Shown: positions 34,301 through 50,800 of the stretch, one piece after another
How the letters are laid out: each line of letters opens with the position of its first letter
How positions within the stretch are numbered: the stretch's first letter is position 1
Assembly: GCA_964035545.1 (NCBI GenBank)
Contig: CAXIUT010000230.1
Span: forward strand, 1,784,185 to 1,848,184
DNA from: Bugula neritina
Lineage: Eukaryota; Animalia; Bryozoa
Direction: 5' to 3'
Length of the DNA: 64,000 bases
Notes under the pieces: model-generated
Database searches by the model: none
Told to the model about the DNA's origin: nothing
What the model saw: the letters and a program-made list of their open reading frames with translations, nothing else
Position numbers and translations under genes: made by a program

Positions 34301-37300
34301 GCTGTAGCACACTGAAATACACTGCAACACACTGAAGTATACTGTAATATACTGAAATGTACTGCAACATACTGGAGTATACTGTAACACACTGAAATAT
34401 ACTCTAACATACCGAAATACACTGTAACATACTGAAATAAACTGCAACATACTGCAATACACTGAATTACACTTGAACATAATGAAATACACTGAAACCC
34501 ATTGAAATACACTACAACATACCGAAATGAATGGTAAACTAGTGAAATATACTGTGACATAATGAAACATACCGGAACATACTGCAACATAATAAAATAT
34601 ACTGTAACACACTGAAATATGCTACAAGATACTGAAATATACTGTAACATACTGAAATACGCTGCCACATACTGAAATATACCACAAGAAACTGCAACAT
34701 ACTGAAATACTCTGGAACATATTGAAATACACTGCAACACTCTGAAAAATACTGCAACACACTGAAACATACGGCAACATACCGAAATAAACTGCGACAC
34801 GTTGAAAATTACTGCAACATACTGAAATATACTGTAACACACTGAAATATACTGCAAGATACTGAAATATACTGCAACATACTGAAACGTACGCAACATA
34901 CTGAAATACGCTGCAACATACTGTAATATCTTGCAAGATACTGCAAAATACTGAGTACACTGTGTCATACTGAAATACACTGCAACATACTGCAACATAC
35001 CACAACGTACTGATGTATACCGCGACGCATTGAAATATACTGCAACATAACGAAATAAATGGTAACCTAGTGGAATATACTGTAACACAATGAAATTGAC
35101 TGCAAGATACTGAAATATACTGTAACATACTGAAATACGCTGCCATATACTGAAATATGCTGCAAGAAACTGCAACGTACTGAAATACTCTGGAACATAT
35201 TGAAATACACTGCAACACTCTGAAAAATACTGCAACACACTGAAGCATACGGCAACATACCGAAATAAACTGCGACACACTGAAAACTACTGCAACATGC
35301 TGAAATATACTGTAACACACTGAAATATACTGCAAGATACTGAAATATACTGCAACATACTGAAACGTACGCAACATACTGAAATACGCTGCAACATACT
35401 GTAATATCTTGCAAGATACTGCAAAATACTGAGTACACTGTGTCATACTGAAATACACTGCAACATACTGCAACATACCACAACGTACTGATATATACCG
35501 CGACGCATTAAAATATACTGCAACATACTGAAATACACTGCCACACACTGAAGTATACTGTATTATACAGAAATATACTGCAACATACTGAATTATACTA
35601 CAACATACTGCAACATACTGAAATACACTGTAACATAACGAAATACATTGCAACACATTGAAATATACTGCAACATACCGAAATGAATGGTAAACAAGTG
35701 AAATATACTGTAACACAATGAAACATACAGGAACATACTGCAACATAACGAAATATACTGTAGCACACTGAAATATACCGCACGATACTGAAAGATTCTG
35801 TAACATACTGAAATGTAAGCAACATACTGAAGTTTGCTGCAACATACTGATTTATACTGCAAGATATTGCAACATACTGAAATACACTGTAACAAACTGA
35901 AATACACTGCAACATACTGCAACATACTGAATTACACTGGAACATATTGAAATACACTGCAACACTTTGAAATATACTGCAACACACTGAAACATACGGC
36001 AACATACCGAAATAAACTGCGACACGTTGAAAATTACTGCAACATACTGAAATATACTGTAACACACTGAAATATACTGCAAGATACTGAAATATACTGA
36101 AACATACTGAAACGTACGCAACATACTGAAATACACTGCAACATACTGTAATATCTTGCAAGATACTGCAAAATACTGAGTACACTGTGTCATATTGAAA
36201 TACACTGCAACATACTGCAACATACCACAACGTACTGATATATACCGCGACGCATTAAAATATACTGCAACATACTAAAATACACTGCAACATACTGAAA
36301 TACATTGCAACACATTAAAACATACTGCAACATATTAAAACGTACTGCAACATACTGAAATATACTGCAACATACTGAAATACTCTATAACATATTGAAA
36401 TATACTGCAACATACTGAATTACACTCTAACATACTGAAATATGCTGTAGCATACTGAAATACGCTGCAACACATTGAAATATACTGCAACATACCGAAA
36501 TGAATGGTAAACTAGCGAAATAAACTGTAACATAATGAAACATACCGAAACATACTGCAACATAATAAAATATACTGTAACACACTGAAATATACTGCAA
36601 GATACTGAAATATACTGCAACATACAGAAACGTACGCAACATACTGAAATACAGTGTGACACACTGAAATACACTGCAACATACTGCAACATACTGCAAC
36701 ATACTGAAATACACTGTAACATATTGAAATACACTGCAACATACTGCAACATACTGAAATACACTGGAACTTACTGAAATCTACTGCGACACATTAAAAT
36801 ATACTGTAACATACTAAAATATACTTCAACATGCTGCAACATACTAAAATACAATGTAACATACTGAAATAGATTGCAACACATTGAAATATACTGCAAC
36901 ATACTGAAACATACTGCAACATACTGAAATATACTGCAATATACTGAATTACACTATAACATATTGAAATATACTGCAAGATACTGAATTACACTCTAAC
37001 ATACTGAAATATGCTGTAGCATACTGAATTACACTGCAACACACTAAAGTATACTCTAATATACTGAAATGTACTGCGACATACTGAATTATACTGCAAC
37101 ATACTGCAACATACTGAAATACACTGTAACATAATGAAATATGCTGTAGCACACTGAAATACACTGCAACACACTGAAGTATACTGTAATATACTGAAAT
37201 GTACTGCAACATACTGGAATATACCGTAACACACTGGTATATACTCTAACATACCGAAATACACTGTAACATACTGAACAAAACTGCAACCTACTGCAAT

Positions 37301-40158
37301 ATACTGAATTACACTTGAACATAATGAAATACACTGAAACACATTGAAATATACTGCAACATACCGAAATGAATGGTAAACTAGTGAAATACACTGTGAC
37401 ATAATGAAACATACCGGAACATACTGCAACATAATAAAATATACTGTAACACACTGAAATATGCTACAAGATACTGAAATATACTGTAACATACTGAAAC
37501 ATACGCAATATACTGAAATACGCTGCAACATACTGAAATATGATGCAAAATACTGCAACATACTGAAATACACTATAACACACTGAAATACACTGCAGCA
37601 TACTGAAATACACTGAAATACACTGTAACATATTGAAATACATTGCAAAACATCGAAATATACTGCAACATACTGAAATATGCTCTAGCATACTGAAAGA
37701 CACTACAACTCACTGAAGTATAGTGTAATATACGGAAATGTACTGCAACATGCCGAAATATACTGCAACATACTAAAATATACTGCAACATACTGCAACA
37801 TCCTAAAATACACTGTAACATACTGAAATACACTGCAACAACTTGAAAAATACTGCAACATACCTAAACATACGGCAACATACTAAAATACACTATAACA
37901 TATTGAAATATACTGAAACATACTGAAATACACTATAACATATTGAAATATGCTGTAGCATACTGAAATATACTGCCACACACTGAAGCATACTGTAATA
38001 TACAGAAATGTACTGTAACATACTGAAACATACGGCAACATACTGAAATGTACTGCAACATACTGAAATATACTGCAACAAAGTGCAACGTACTGAAATA
38101 CACTGTAACATATTGAAATACAGTGCAAAACATCGAAATTTACTGCAACACACTGAAATATACTGAAACATACAGAAATATACTGCAACATACAGAAATA
38201 TACTGCAACAGACTGCAACATACTGAAAAACAGTGTAACATACTGAAAAAGACTGCAACGCATTGGGATATACTGCAACATACTGAAATATGCTGTAGCA
38301 TACTGAAAGACACTACAACTCACTGAAGTATAGTGTAATATACGGAAATGTACTACAACATGCCTAAATACACTGCAACATACTGAAATACACTACAACA
38401 TACTGCAACATACTGAAATACACTGTGACACACTGAAATACACTGCAACATACTGCAATATACTGCAACATACTGAAATATACTGCAACATACTGCAACA
38501 TACTAAAATACACTATAACATATTGAAATGTACTGCAACATACTGAAATACACTATTACACATTGAAATATGCTGTAGCATACTGAAATACACTGCAACA
38601 CACTGGTGTATACTGTGATATACAGAAATGTACTGTAACATACTGAAACATACGGCAACATACTGAAATACACTGAAACATATTGAAATACACTGCGACA
38701 CATTGAATTACACTGCAACACACTGAAGTATACTGTAATACACTGAAATATAATGCAACATACTGAATTATACTGCAACATAGTGCAACATACAGAAATA
38801 CACTACAACATACTGCAACATACTGAAATACACTGTGAAACACTGAAATACACCGCAACATACTGCAATATACTGCAACATACTGAAATAAACTGAGACA
38901 CATTAAAATATACTGCAACATACTGAAATATACTGCAACATAGTGCAACATACTGAAATACACTGGAACATATTGAATTACACTGCGACACATTAAAATA
39001 TACTGCAACACACTGAAACATACGGGAACATACCGAAATATACTGCGACACATTGAAAAATACTGCAACATACTGAAATATACTGCAAGTGGTGCAACAT
39101 ACTGGAATACACTGTGACACACTGAAATACACTGCAACATACTGCAACATACTGCAACATACTGCAACATACTGAAATACACTGTAACATATTGAAATAC
39201 ACTGCAACATACTGCAACATACTGAAATACACTGGAACTCACTGAAATATACTGCGACAAATTAAAATATATTAAAACATACTGAAATATACTTCAACAT
39301 GCTGCAACATACTAAAATACAATGTAACATACTGAAATACATTGCAACACATTGAAATATCCTGCAACAGACTGAAACATACTGCAACATACTGAAATAC
39401 ACTGCAATATACTGAATTACACTATAACATATTGAAATATACTGCAAGATACTGAATTACACTCTAACATACTGAAATATGCTGTAGCATACTGAATTAC
39501 ACTGCAACACACTGGAGTATACTCTAATATACTGAAATGTACTGCGACATACTGAATTATACTGCAACATAATGCAACATACTGAAATACACTGTAACAT
39601 AATGAAATATGCTGTAGCACACTGAAATACACTGCAACACACTGAAGTATTCTGTAATATACTGAAATGTACTGCAACATACTGGAGTATACTGTAACAC
39701 ACTGAAATATACTCTAACATACCGAAATACACTGTAACATACTGAAATAAACTGCAACATACTGCAATATACTGAATTACACTTGAACATAATGAAATAC
39801 ACTGAAACCCATTGAAATACACTACAACATACCGAAATGAATGGTAAACTAGTGAAATATACTGTGACATAATGAAACATACCGGAACATACTGCAACAT
39901 AATAAAATATACTGTAACACACTGAAATATGCTACAAGATACTGAAATATACTGTAACATACTGAAATACGCTGCCACATACTGAAATATACCACAAGAA
40001 ACTGCAACATACTGAAATACTCTGGAACATATTGAAATACACTGCAACACTCTGAAAAATACTGCAACACACTGAAACATACGGCAACATACCGAAATAA
40101 ACTGCGACACGTTGAAAATTACTGCAACATACTGAAATATACTGTAACACACTGAAAC
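31321..40158. repeat. ~3.5-kb direct repeat at offset 5,310 bp (copy 1 ~31,321-34,848; copy 2 ~36,641-40,158) separated by ~1.8 kb of other satellite modules
   Basis: Offsets 31484/36794, 32573/37883, 33952/39262, 34622/39932 = 5,310. Private words CTACTGCGAC (31,471/36,781) and CATTGGGATA (32,951/38,261). Confidence 0.9.
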
Positions 40159-43100
40159 ATAAAGCAACATAGTAAAATATACTGCGACACATTGAAATAT
40201 ACTGCAACATACTAAAACATACTGCAACATACTGCAACATCCTAAAACACACAGTAACATACTGAAAAACACTGCAACGCCTTGAAAAATACTTCAACAT
40301 ACTTAAACATACGGCAACATACTGAAATACACTGAAATACACTGCAACATACTGCAACATACTGCAACATACTGGAGTACACTGTAACATATTGAAATAC
40401 ACTGCAACATACTGCAACATACTGCAACATACTGAAATACACTAGAACTTACTGAAACATACGGCAACATACTGAAATACACTGTGGCACACTGAAATAC
40501 ACTGCAACATACTGCAACATACTGCAACATACTGAAATACACTGGAACTTACTGAAATATACTGCAACACATTAAAATATACTGTAACATACTGAAATAT
40601 ACTTCAACATGCTGCAACATACTAAAATACAATGTAACATACTGAAATAGATTGCAACACATTGAAATATACTGCAACATACTGTAACATACTGCAACAT
40701 ACTGAAATATACTGCAATATACTGAATTACACTATAACATATTGAAATATACTGCAAGATACTGAGTTACACTCTAACATACTGAAATATGCTGTAGCAT
40801 ACTGAATTACACTGCAACACACTGAAGTATACTCTAATATACTGAAATGTACTGCGACATACTGAATTATACTGCAACATACTGCAACATACTGAAATAC
40901 ACTGTAACATAAAGAAATATGCTGTAATATACTGAAATGTACTGCAACATACTGGAATATACTGTAACACACTGAAATATACTCTAACATACCGAAATAC
41001 ACTGTAACATACTGAAATAAACTGCAACCTACTGCAATATACTGAATTACACTTGAACATAATGAAATACACTGAAACACATTGAAATATACTGCAACAT
41101 ACCGAAATGAATGGTAAACTAGTGAAATATACTGTGACATAATGAAACATACCGGAACATACTGCAACATAATAAAACATACTGTAACACACTGAAATAT
41201 GCTACAAGATACTGAAATATACTGTAACATACTGAAACGTACGCAATATACTGAAGTACGCTGCAACATACTGAAATATGATGCAAAAAACTGCAACATA
41301 CTGAAATACACTATAACACACTGAAATACACTGCAACATACTGAAATACACTGAAATACACTGTAACATATTGAAATACATTGCAAAACATCGAAATAAT
41401 TATACTGCAACATACTGAAATATGCTCTAGCATACTGAAAGACACTACAACTCACTGAAGTATAGTGTAATATACGGAAATGTACTGCAACATGCCGAAA
41501 TATACTGCAACACACTGAAACATAAGGCAACATAGTGAAATATACTGCGACACATTGAAATATACTGCAACATACTAAAATATACTGCAACATACTGCAA
41601 CATCCTAAAATACACTGTAACATACTGAAATACACTGCAACAACTTGAAAAATACTGCAACATACCTAAACATACGGCAACATACTAAAATACACTATAA
41701 CATATCGAAATATACTGAAACATACTGAAATACACTATAACATATTGAAATATGCTGTAGCATACTGAAATATACTGCCACACACTGAAGCATACTGTAA
41801 TATACAGAAATGTACTGTAACATACTGAAACATACGGCAACATACTGAAATGTACTGCAACATACTGAAATATGCTATAACATACTGAAAAAGACTGCAA
41901 CACATTGGAATATACTGCAACATAGTGAAATATGCTGTAGCATACTGAAAGACACTACATCTCACTGAAGTATAGTGTAATATACGGAAATGTACTGCAA
42001 CATGCCAAAATATACTGCAACAAACTGAAACATACTGCAACATACTGAATTACACTATAACATATTGAAATATTCTGCAACATACTGAATTACACTCTAA
42101 CATACTGAAATATGCTGTAGCATACTGAAAAACACTACATCTCACTGAAGTATAGTGTAATATACGGAAATGTACTGCAACATGCCAAAATATACTGCAA
42201 CATACTGAAATACACTGGAACATATTGATATGCACTGCAACACATTGAAATATACTGCAACACACTGAAACATGAGGCAACATAGTGAAATATACTGCGA
42301 CACATTGAAATATACTGCAACATACTAAAATATACTGCAACATACTGCAACATCCTAAAACACACTGTAACATACTGAAATACACTGCAACGCCTTGAAA
42401 AATACTTCAACATACTTAAACATACGGCAACATACTGAAATACACTGAACTACACTGCAACATACTGCAACATACTGCAACATACTGAAGTACACTGTAA
42501 CATATTGAAATACACTGCAACATACTGCAACATACTGAAATACACTAGAACTTACTGAAACATACGGCAACATACTGAAATACACTGTGGCACACTGAAA
42601 TACACTGCAACATACTGCAACATAGTGAAATACACTGTAACATATCGAAATACACTGCAACATACTGCAACATACTGCAACATACTGAAATACACTGGAA
42701 CTTACTGAAATATACTGCGACACATTAAAATATACTGTAACATACTGAAATATACTTCAACATGCTGCAACATACTAAAATACAATGTAACATACTGAAA
42801 TAGATTGCAACACATTGAAATATACTGCAACATACTGAAACATACTGCAACATACTGAAATATACTGCAATATACTGAATTACACTATAACATATTGAAA
42901 TATACTGCAAGATACTGAATTACACTCTAACATACTGAAATATGCTGTAGCATACTGAATTACACTGCAACACACTGAAGTATACTCTAATATACTGAAA
43001 TGTACTGCGACATACTGAATTATACTGCAACATACTGCAACATACTGAAATACACTGTAACAAAATGAAATATGCTGTAGCGCACTGAAATACACTGCAA

Positions 43101-44879
43101 CACTCTGAAGTATACTGTAATATACTGAAATGTACTGCAACATACTGGAATATACTGTAACACACTGAAATATACTCTAACATATCGAAATACACTGTAA
43201 CATACTGAAATAAACTGCAACCTACTGCAATATACTGAATTACACTTGAACATAATGAAATACACTGAAACACATTGAAATATACTGCAACATACCGAAA
43301 TGAATGGTAAACTAGTGAAATATACTGTGACATAATGAAACATACCGGAACATACTGCAACATAATAAAACATACTGTAACACACTGAAATATGCTACAA
43401 GATACTGAAATATACTGTAACATACTGAAACGTACGCAATATACTGAAATACGCTGCAACATACTGAAATATGATGCAAAATACTGCAACATACTGAAAT
43501 ACACTATAACACACTGAAATACACTGCAACATACTGAAATACACTGAAATACACTGTAACATATTGAAATACATTGCAAAACATCGAAATATACTGCAAC
43601 ATACTGAAATATGCTCTAGCATACTGAAAGACACTACAACTCACTGAAGTATAGTGTAATATACGGAAATGTACTGCAACATGCCGAAATATACTGCAAC
43701 ACACTGAAACATAAGGCAACATAGTGAAATATACTGCGACACATTGAAATATACTGCAACATACTAAAATATACTGCAACATACTGCAACATCCTAAAAT
43801 ACACTGTAACATACTGAAATACACTGCAACAACTTGAAAAATACTGCAACATACCTAAACATACGGCAACATACTAAAATACACTATAACATATCGAAAT
43901 ATACTGAAACATACTGAAATACACTATAACATATTGAAATATGCTGTAGCATACTGAAATATACTGCCACACACTGAAGTATACTGTAATATACAGAAAT
44001 GTACTGTAACATACTGAAACATACGGCAACATACTGAAATGTACTGCAACATACTGAAATATACTGCAACAAAATGCAACGTACTGAAATACGCTGTAAC
44101 ATATTGAAATACACTGCAAAACATCGAAATATACTGCAACACACTGAAATATACTGAAACATACAGAAATATACTGCAACATACAGAAATATACTGCAAC
44201 AGATTGCAACATACTGAAAAACAGTGTAACATACTGAAAAAAACTGCAACACATTGGAATATACTGCAACATAGTGAAATATGCTGTAGCATACTGAAAG
44301 ACACTACAACTCACTGAAGTATAGTGTAATATACGGAAATGTACTACAACATGCCTAAATAAACTGCAACATACTGAAATACACTACAACATACTGCAAC
44401 ATAATGAAATACACTGTGACACACTGAAATACACTGCAACATACTGCAATATACTGCAACATACTGAAATATACTGCAACATACTGCAACATACTAAAAT
44501 ACACTATAACATATTGAAATATACTGCAACATACTGAAATACACTATAACACATTGAAACATGCTGTAGCATACTGAAATACACTGCAACACACTGGTGT
44601 ATACTGTGATATACAGAAATGTACTGTAACATACTGAAACATACGGCAACATACTGAAATACACTGCGACACATTGAATTATACTGCAACACACTGAAGT
44701 ATACTGTAATACACTGAAATATAATGCAACATACTGAATTATACTGCAACATAGTGCAACATACAGAAATACACTACAACATACTGCAACATACTGAAAT
44801 ACACTGTGAAACACTGAAATACACTGCAACATACTGCAATATACTGCAACATACTGAAATAAACTGAGACACATTAAAA

Positions 44880-47800
44880 TATACTGCAACATACTGAAAT
44901 ATACTGCAACATAGTGCAACATACTAAAATACACTGCAACATACTGCAACATACTGAAATACACTGGAACATATTAAATTACACTGCGACACATTAAAAT
45001 ATACTGCAACACACTGAAACATACGGCAACATACCGAAATATACTGCGACACGTTGAAAAATACTGCAACATACTGAAATATACTGCAAGTGGTGCAACA
45101 TACTGAAATACATTGTGACACACTGAAATACACTGCAACATACTGCAACATACTGAAACATACTGAAATACACTGTAACATTTTGAAATTCACTGCAACA
45201 TACTGCAACATACTGAAATACACTGGAACTTACTGAAATATACTGCGACACATTAAAATATAATAAAACATACTGAAATATACTTCAACATGCTGCAACA
45301 TACTAAAATACAATGTAACATACTGAAACACATTGCAACACATTGAAATATCCTGCAACAGACTGAAACATACTGCAACATACTGAAATATACTGCAATA
45401 TACTGAATTACACTATAACATATTGAAATATACTGCAAGATACTGAATTACACTCTAACATACTGAAATATGCTGTAGCATACTGAATTACACTGCAACA
45501 CACTGAAGTATACTCTAATATACTGAAATGTACTGCGACATACTGAATTATACTGCAACATACTGCAACATACTGAAATACACTGTAACATAATGAAATA
45601 TGCTGTAGCACACTGAAATACACTGCAACACACTGAAGTATACTGTAATATACTGAAATAAACTGCAGCATACTGCAACATACTGAATTACACTTGAACA
45701 TAATGAAATACACTGAAACCCATTGAAATATACTGCAACATACCGAAATGATTGGTAAACTAGTGAAATATACTGTGACATAATGAAACATACCGGAACA
45801 TACTGCAACATAATTAAATATACTGTAACACACTGAAATATGCTACAAGATACTGAAATATACTGTAACATACTGAAACGTACGCAACATACTGAAATAC
45901 GCTGCAACATACTGAAATATGATGCAAGATGCTGCAACATACTGAATTACACTATAACACACTGAAATACACTGCAACATACTGAAGTACACTGAAATAC
46001 ACTGTAACATATTGAAATACACTGTAACATACTGCAGCGTACTGCAACACACTGAAATACACTGTGAAACACTGAAATACACTGCAACATACTGCAATAT
46101 ACTGCAACATACTGAAATAAACTGAGACACATTAAAATATACTGCAACATACTGAAATATACTGCAACATAGTGCAACATACTAAAATACACTGCAACAT
46201 ACTGCAACATACTGAAATACACTTGAACATATTAAATTACACTGCGACACATTAAAATATACTGCAACACACTGAAACATACGGCAACATACCGAAATAT
46301 ACTGCGACACGTTGAAAAATACTGCAACATACTGAAATATACTGCAAGTGGTGCAACATACTGAAATACACTGTGACACACTGAAATACACTGCAACATA
46401 CTGCAACATACTGAAACATACTGAAATACACTGTAACATATTGAAATACACTGCAACATACTGCAACATACTGAAATACACTGGAACTTACTGAAATATA
46501 CTGCGACACATTAAAATATATTAAAACATACTGAAATATACTTCAACATGCTGCAACATACTGACTTACACTTGAACATAATGAAATACACTGAAACCCA
46601 TTGAAATATACTGCAACATACCGAAATGAATGGTAAACTAGTGAAATATACTGTGACATAATGAAACATACCGGAACATACTGCAACATAATTAAATATA
46701 CTGTAACACACTGAAATATGCTACAAGATACTGAAATATACTGTAACATACTGAAACGTACGCAACATACTGAAATACGCTGCAACATACTGAAATATGA
46801 TGCAAGATACTGCAACATACTGAATTACACTATAACACACTGAAATACACTGCAACATACTGAAATACACTGAAATACACTGTAACATATTGAAATACAC
46901 TGCAACATACTGCAACATACTGCAACATACTGAAATACACTGGAACTTACTGAAATATACTGCGACACATTAAAATATACTGTAACATACTGAAATATAC
47001 TTCAACATGCTGCAACATACTAAAATACAATGTAACATACTGAAATAGATTGCAACACATTGAAATATACTGCAACATACTGAAACATACTGCAACATAC
47101 TGAAATATACTGCAATATACTGAATTACACTATAACATATTGAAATATACTGCAAGATACTGAATTACACTCTAACATACTGAAATATGCTGTAGCATAC
47201 TGAATTACACTGCAACACACTGAAGTATACTCTAATATACTGAAATGTACTGCGACATACTGAATTATACTGCAACATACTGCAACATACTGAAATACAC
47301 TGTAACATAATGAAATATGCTGTAGCACACTGAAATACACTGCAACACTCTTAAGTATACTGTAATATACTGAAATGTACTGCAACATACTGGAATATAC
47401 TGTAACACACTGAAATATACTCTAACATACCGAAATACACTGTAACATACTGAAATAAACTGCAACCTACTGCAATATACTGAATTACACTTGAACATAA
47501 TGAAATACACTGAAACACATTGAAATATACTGCAACATACCGAAATGAATGGTAAACTAGTGAAATATACTGTGACATAATGAAACATACCGGAACATAC
47601 TGCAACATAATAAAACATTCTGTAACACACTGAAATATGCTACAAGATATTGAAATATACTGTAACATACTGAAACGTACGCAATATACTGAAATACGCT
47701 GCAACATACTGAAATATGATGCAAAATACTGCAACATACTGAAATACACTATAACACACTGAAATACACTGCAACATACTGAAATACACTGAAATACACT

Positions 47801-50800
47801 GTAACATATTGAAATACATTGCAAAACATCGAAATATACTGCAACATACTCAAATATGCTCTAGCATACTGAAAGACACTACAACTCACTGAAGTATAGT
47901 GTAATATACGGAAATGTACTGAAACATGCCGAAATATACTGCAACACACTGAAACATAAGGCAACATAGTGAAATATACTGCGACACATTGAAATATACT
48001 GCAACATACTGAAATATACTGCAACATAGTGCAACATACTAAAATACACTGCAACATACTGCAACATACTGAAATACAATGGAACATATTAAATTACACT
48101 GCGACACATTAAAATATACTGCAACACACTGAAACATACGGCAACATACCGAAATATACTGCGACACGTTGAAAAATACTGCAACATACTGAAATATACT
48201 GCAAGTGGTGCAACATACTGAAATACACTGTGACACACTGAAATACACTGCAACATACTGCAACATACTGAAACATACTGAAATACACTGTAACATATTG
48301 AAATACACTGCAACATACTGCAACATACTGAAATACACTGGAACTTACTGAAATATACTGCGACACATTAAAATATATTAAAACATACTGAAATATACTT
48401 CAACATGCTGCAACATACTAAAATACAATGTAACATACTGAAACACATTGCAACACATTGAAATATCCGGCAACAGACTGAAACATACTGCAACATACTG
48501 AAATATACTGCAATATACTGAATTACACTATAACATATTGAAATATACTGCAAGATACTGAATTACACTCTAACATACTGAAATATGCTGTAGCATACTG
48601 AATTACACTGCAACACACTGAAGTATACTCTAATATACTGAAATGTACTGCGACATACTGAATTATACTGCAACATACTGCAACATACTGAAATACACTG
48701 TAACATAATGAAATATGCTGTAGCACACTGAAATACACTGCAACACACTGAAGTATACTGTAATATACTGAAATAAACTGCAACATACTGCAACATACTG
48801 AATTACACTTGAACATAATGAAATACACTGAAACCCATTGAAATATACTGCAACATACCGAAATGATTGGTAAACTAGTGAAATATACTGTGACATAATG
48901 AAACATACCGGAACATACTGCAACATAATTAAATATACTGTAACACACTGAAATATGCTACAAGATACTGAAATATACTGTAACATACTGAAACGTACGC
49001 AACATACTGAAATACGCTGCAACATACTGAAATATGATGCAAGATGCTGCAACATACTGAATTACACTATAACACACTGAAATACACTGCAACATACTGA
49101 AGTACACTGAAATACACTGTAACATATTGAAATACACTGCAACATACTGCAACGTACTGCAACATACTGAAATACACTGTGAAACACTGAAATACACTGC
49201 AACATACTGCAATATACTGCAACATACTGAAATAAACTGAGACACATTAAAATATACTGCAACATACTGAAATATACTGCAACATAGTGCAACATACTAA
49301 AATACACTGCAACATACTGCAACATACTGAAATACACTTGAACATATTAAATTACACTGCGACACATTAAAATATACTGCAACACACTGAAACATACGGC
49401 AACATACCGAAATATACTGCGACACGTTGAAAAATACTGCAACATACTGAAATATACTGCAAGTGGTGCAACATACTGAAATACACTGTGACACACTGAA
49501 ATACACTGCAACATACTGCAACATACTGAAACATACTGAAATACACTGTAACATATTGAAATACACTGCAACATACTGCAACATACTGAAATACACTGGA
49601 ACTTACTGAAATATACTGCGACACATTAAAATATATTAAAACATACTGAAATATACTTCAACATGCTGCAACATACTGACTTACACTTGAACATAATGAA
49701 ATACACTGAAACCCATTGAAATATACTGCAACATACCGAAATGAATGGTAAACTAGTGAAATATACTGTGACATAATGAAACATACCGGAACATACTGCA
49801 ACATAATTAAATATACTGTAACACACTGAAATATGCTACAAGATACTGAAATATACTGTAACATACTGAAACGTACGCAACATACTGAAATACGCTGCAA
49901 CATTCTGAAATATACTGCAAGATTCTGCAACATACTGAAATACACTATAACACACTGAAATACACTGCAACATACTGAAATACACTGAAATACACTGTAA
50001 CATATTGAAATACACTGCAACATACTGCAACATACTGCAACATACTGAAATACACTGGAACTTACTGAAATATACTGCGACACATTAAAATATACTGTAA
50101 CATACTGAAATATACTTCAACATGCTGCAACATACTAAAATACAATGTAACATACTGAAATAGATTGCAACACATTGAAATATACTGCAACATACTGAAA
50201 CATACTGCAACATACTGAAATATACTGCAATATACTGAATTACACTATAACATATTGAAATATACTGCAAGATACTGAATTACACTCTAACATACTGAAA
50301 TATGCTGTAGCATACTGAATTACACTGCAACACACTGAAGTATACTCTAATATACTGAAATGTACTGCGACATACTGAATTATACTGCAACATACTGCAA
50401 CATACTGAAATACACTGTAACATAATGAAATATGCTGTAGCACACTGAAATACACTGCAACACTCTTAAGTATACTGTAATATACTGAAATGTACTGCAA
50501 CATACTGGAATATACTGTAACACACTGAAATATACTCTAACATACCGAAATACACTGTAACATACTGAAATAAACTGCAACCTACTGCAATATACTGAAT
50601 TACACTTGAACATAATGAAATACACTGAAACACATTGAAATATACTGCAACATACCGAAATGAATGGTAAACTAGTGAAATATACTGTGACATAATGAAA
50701 CATACCGGAACATACTGCAACATAATAAAACATTCTGTAACACACTGAAATATGCTACAAGATATTGAAATATACTGTAACATACTGAAACGTACGCAAT

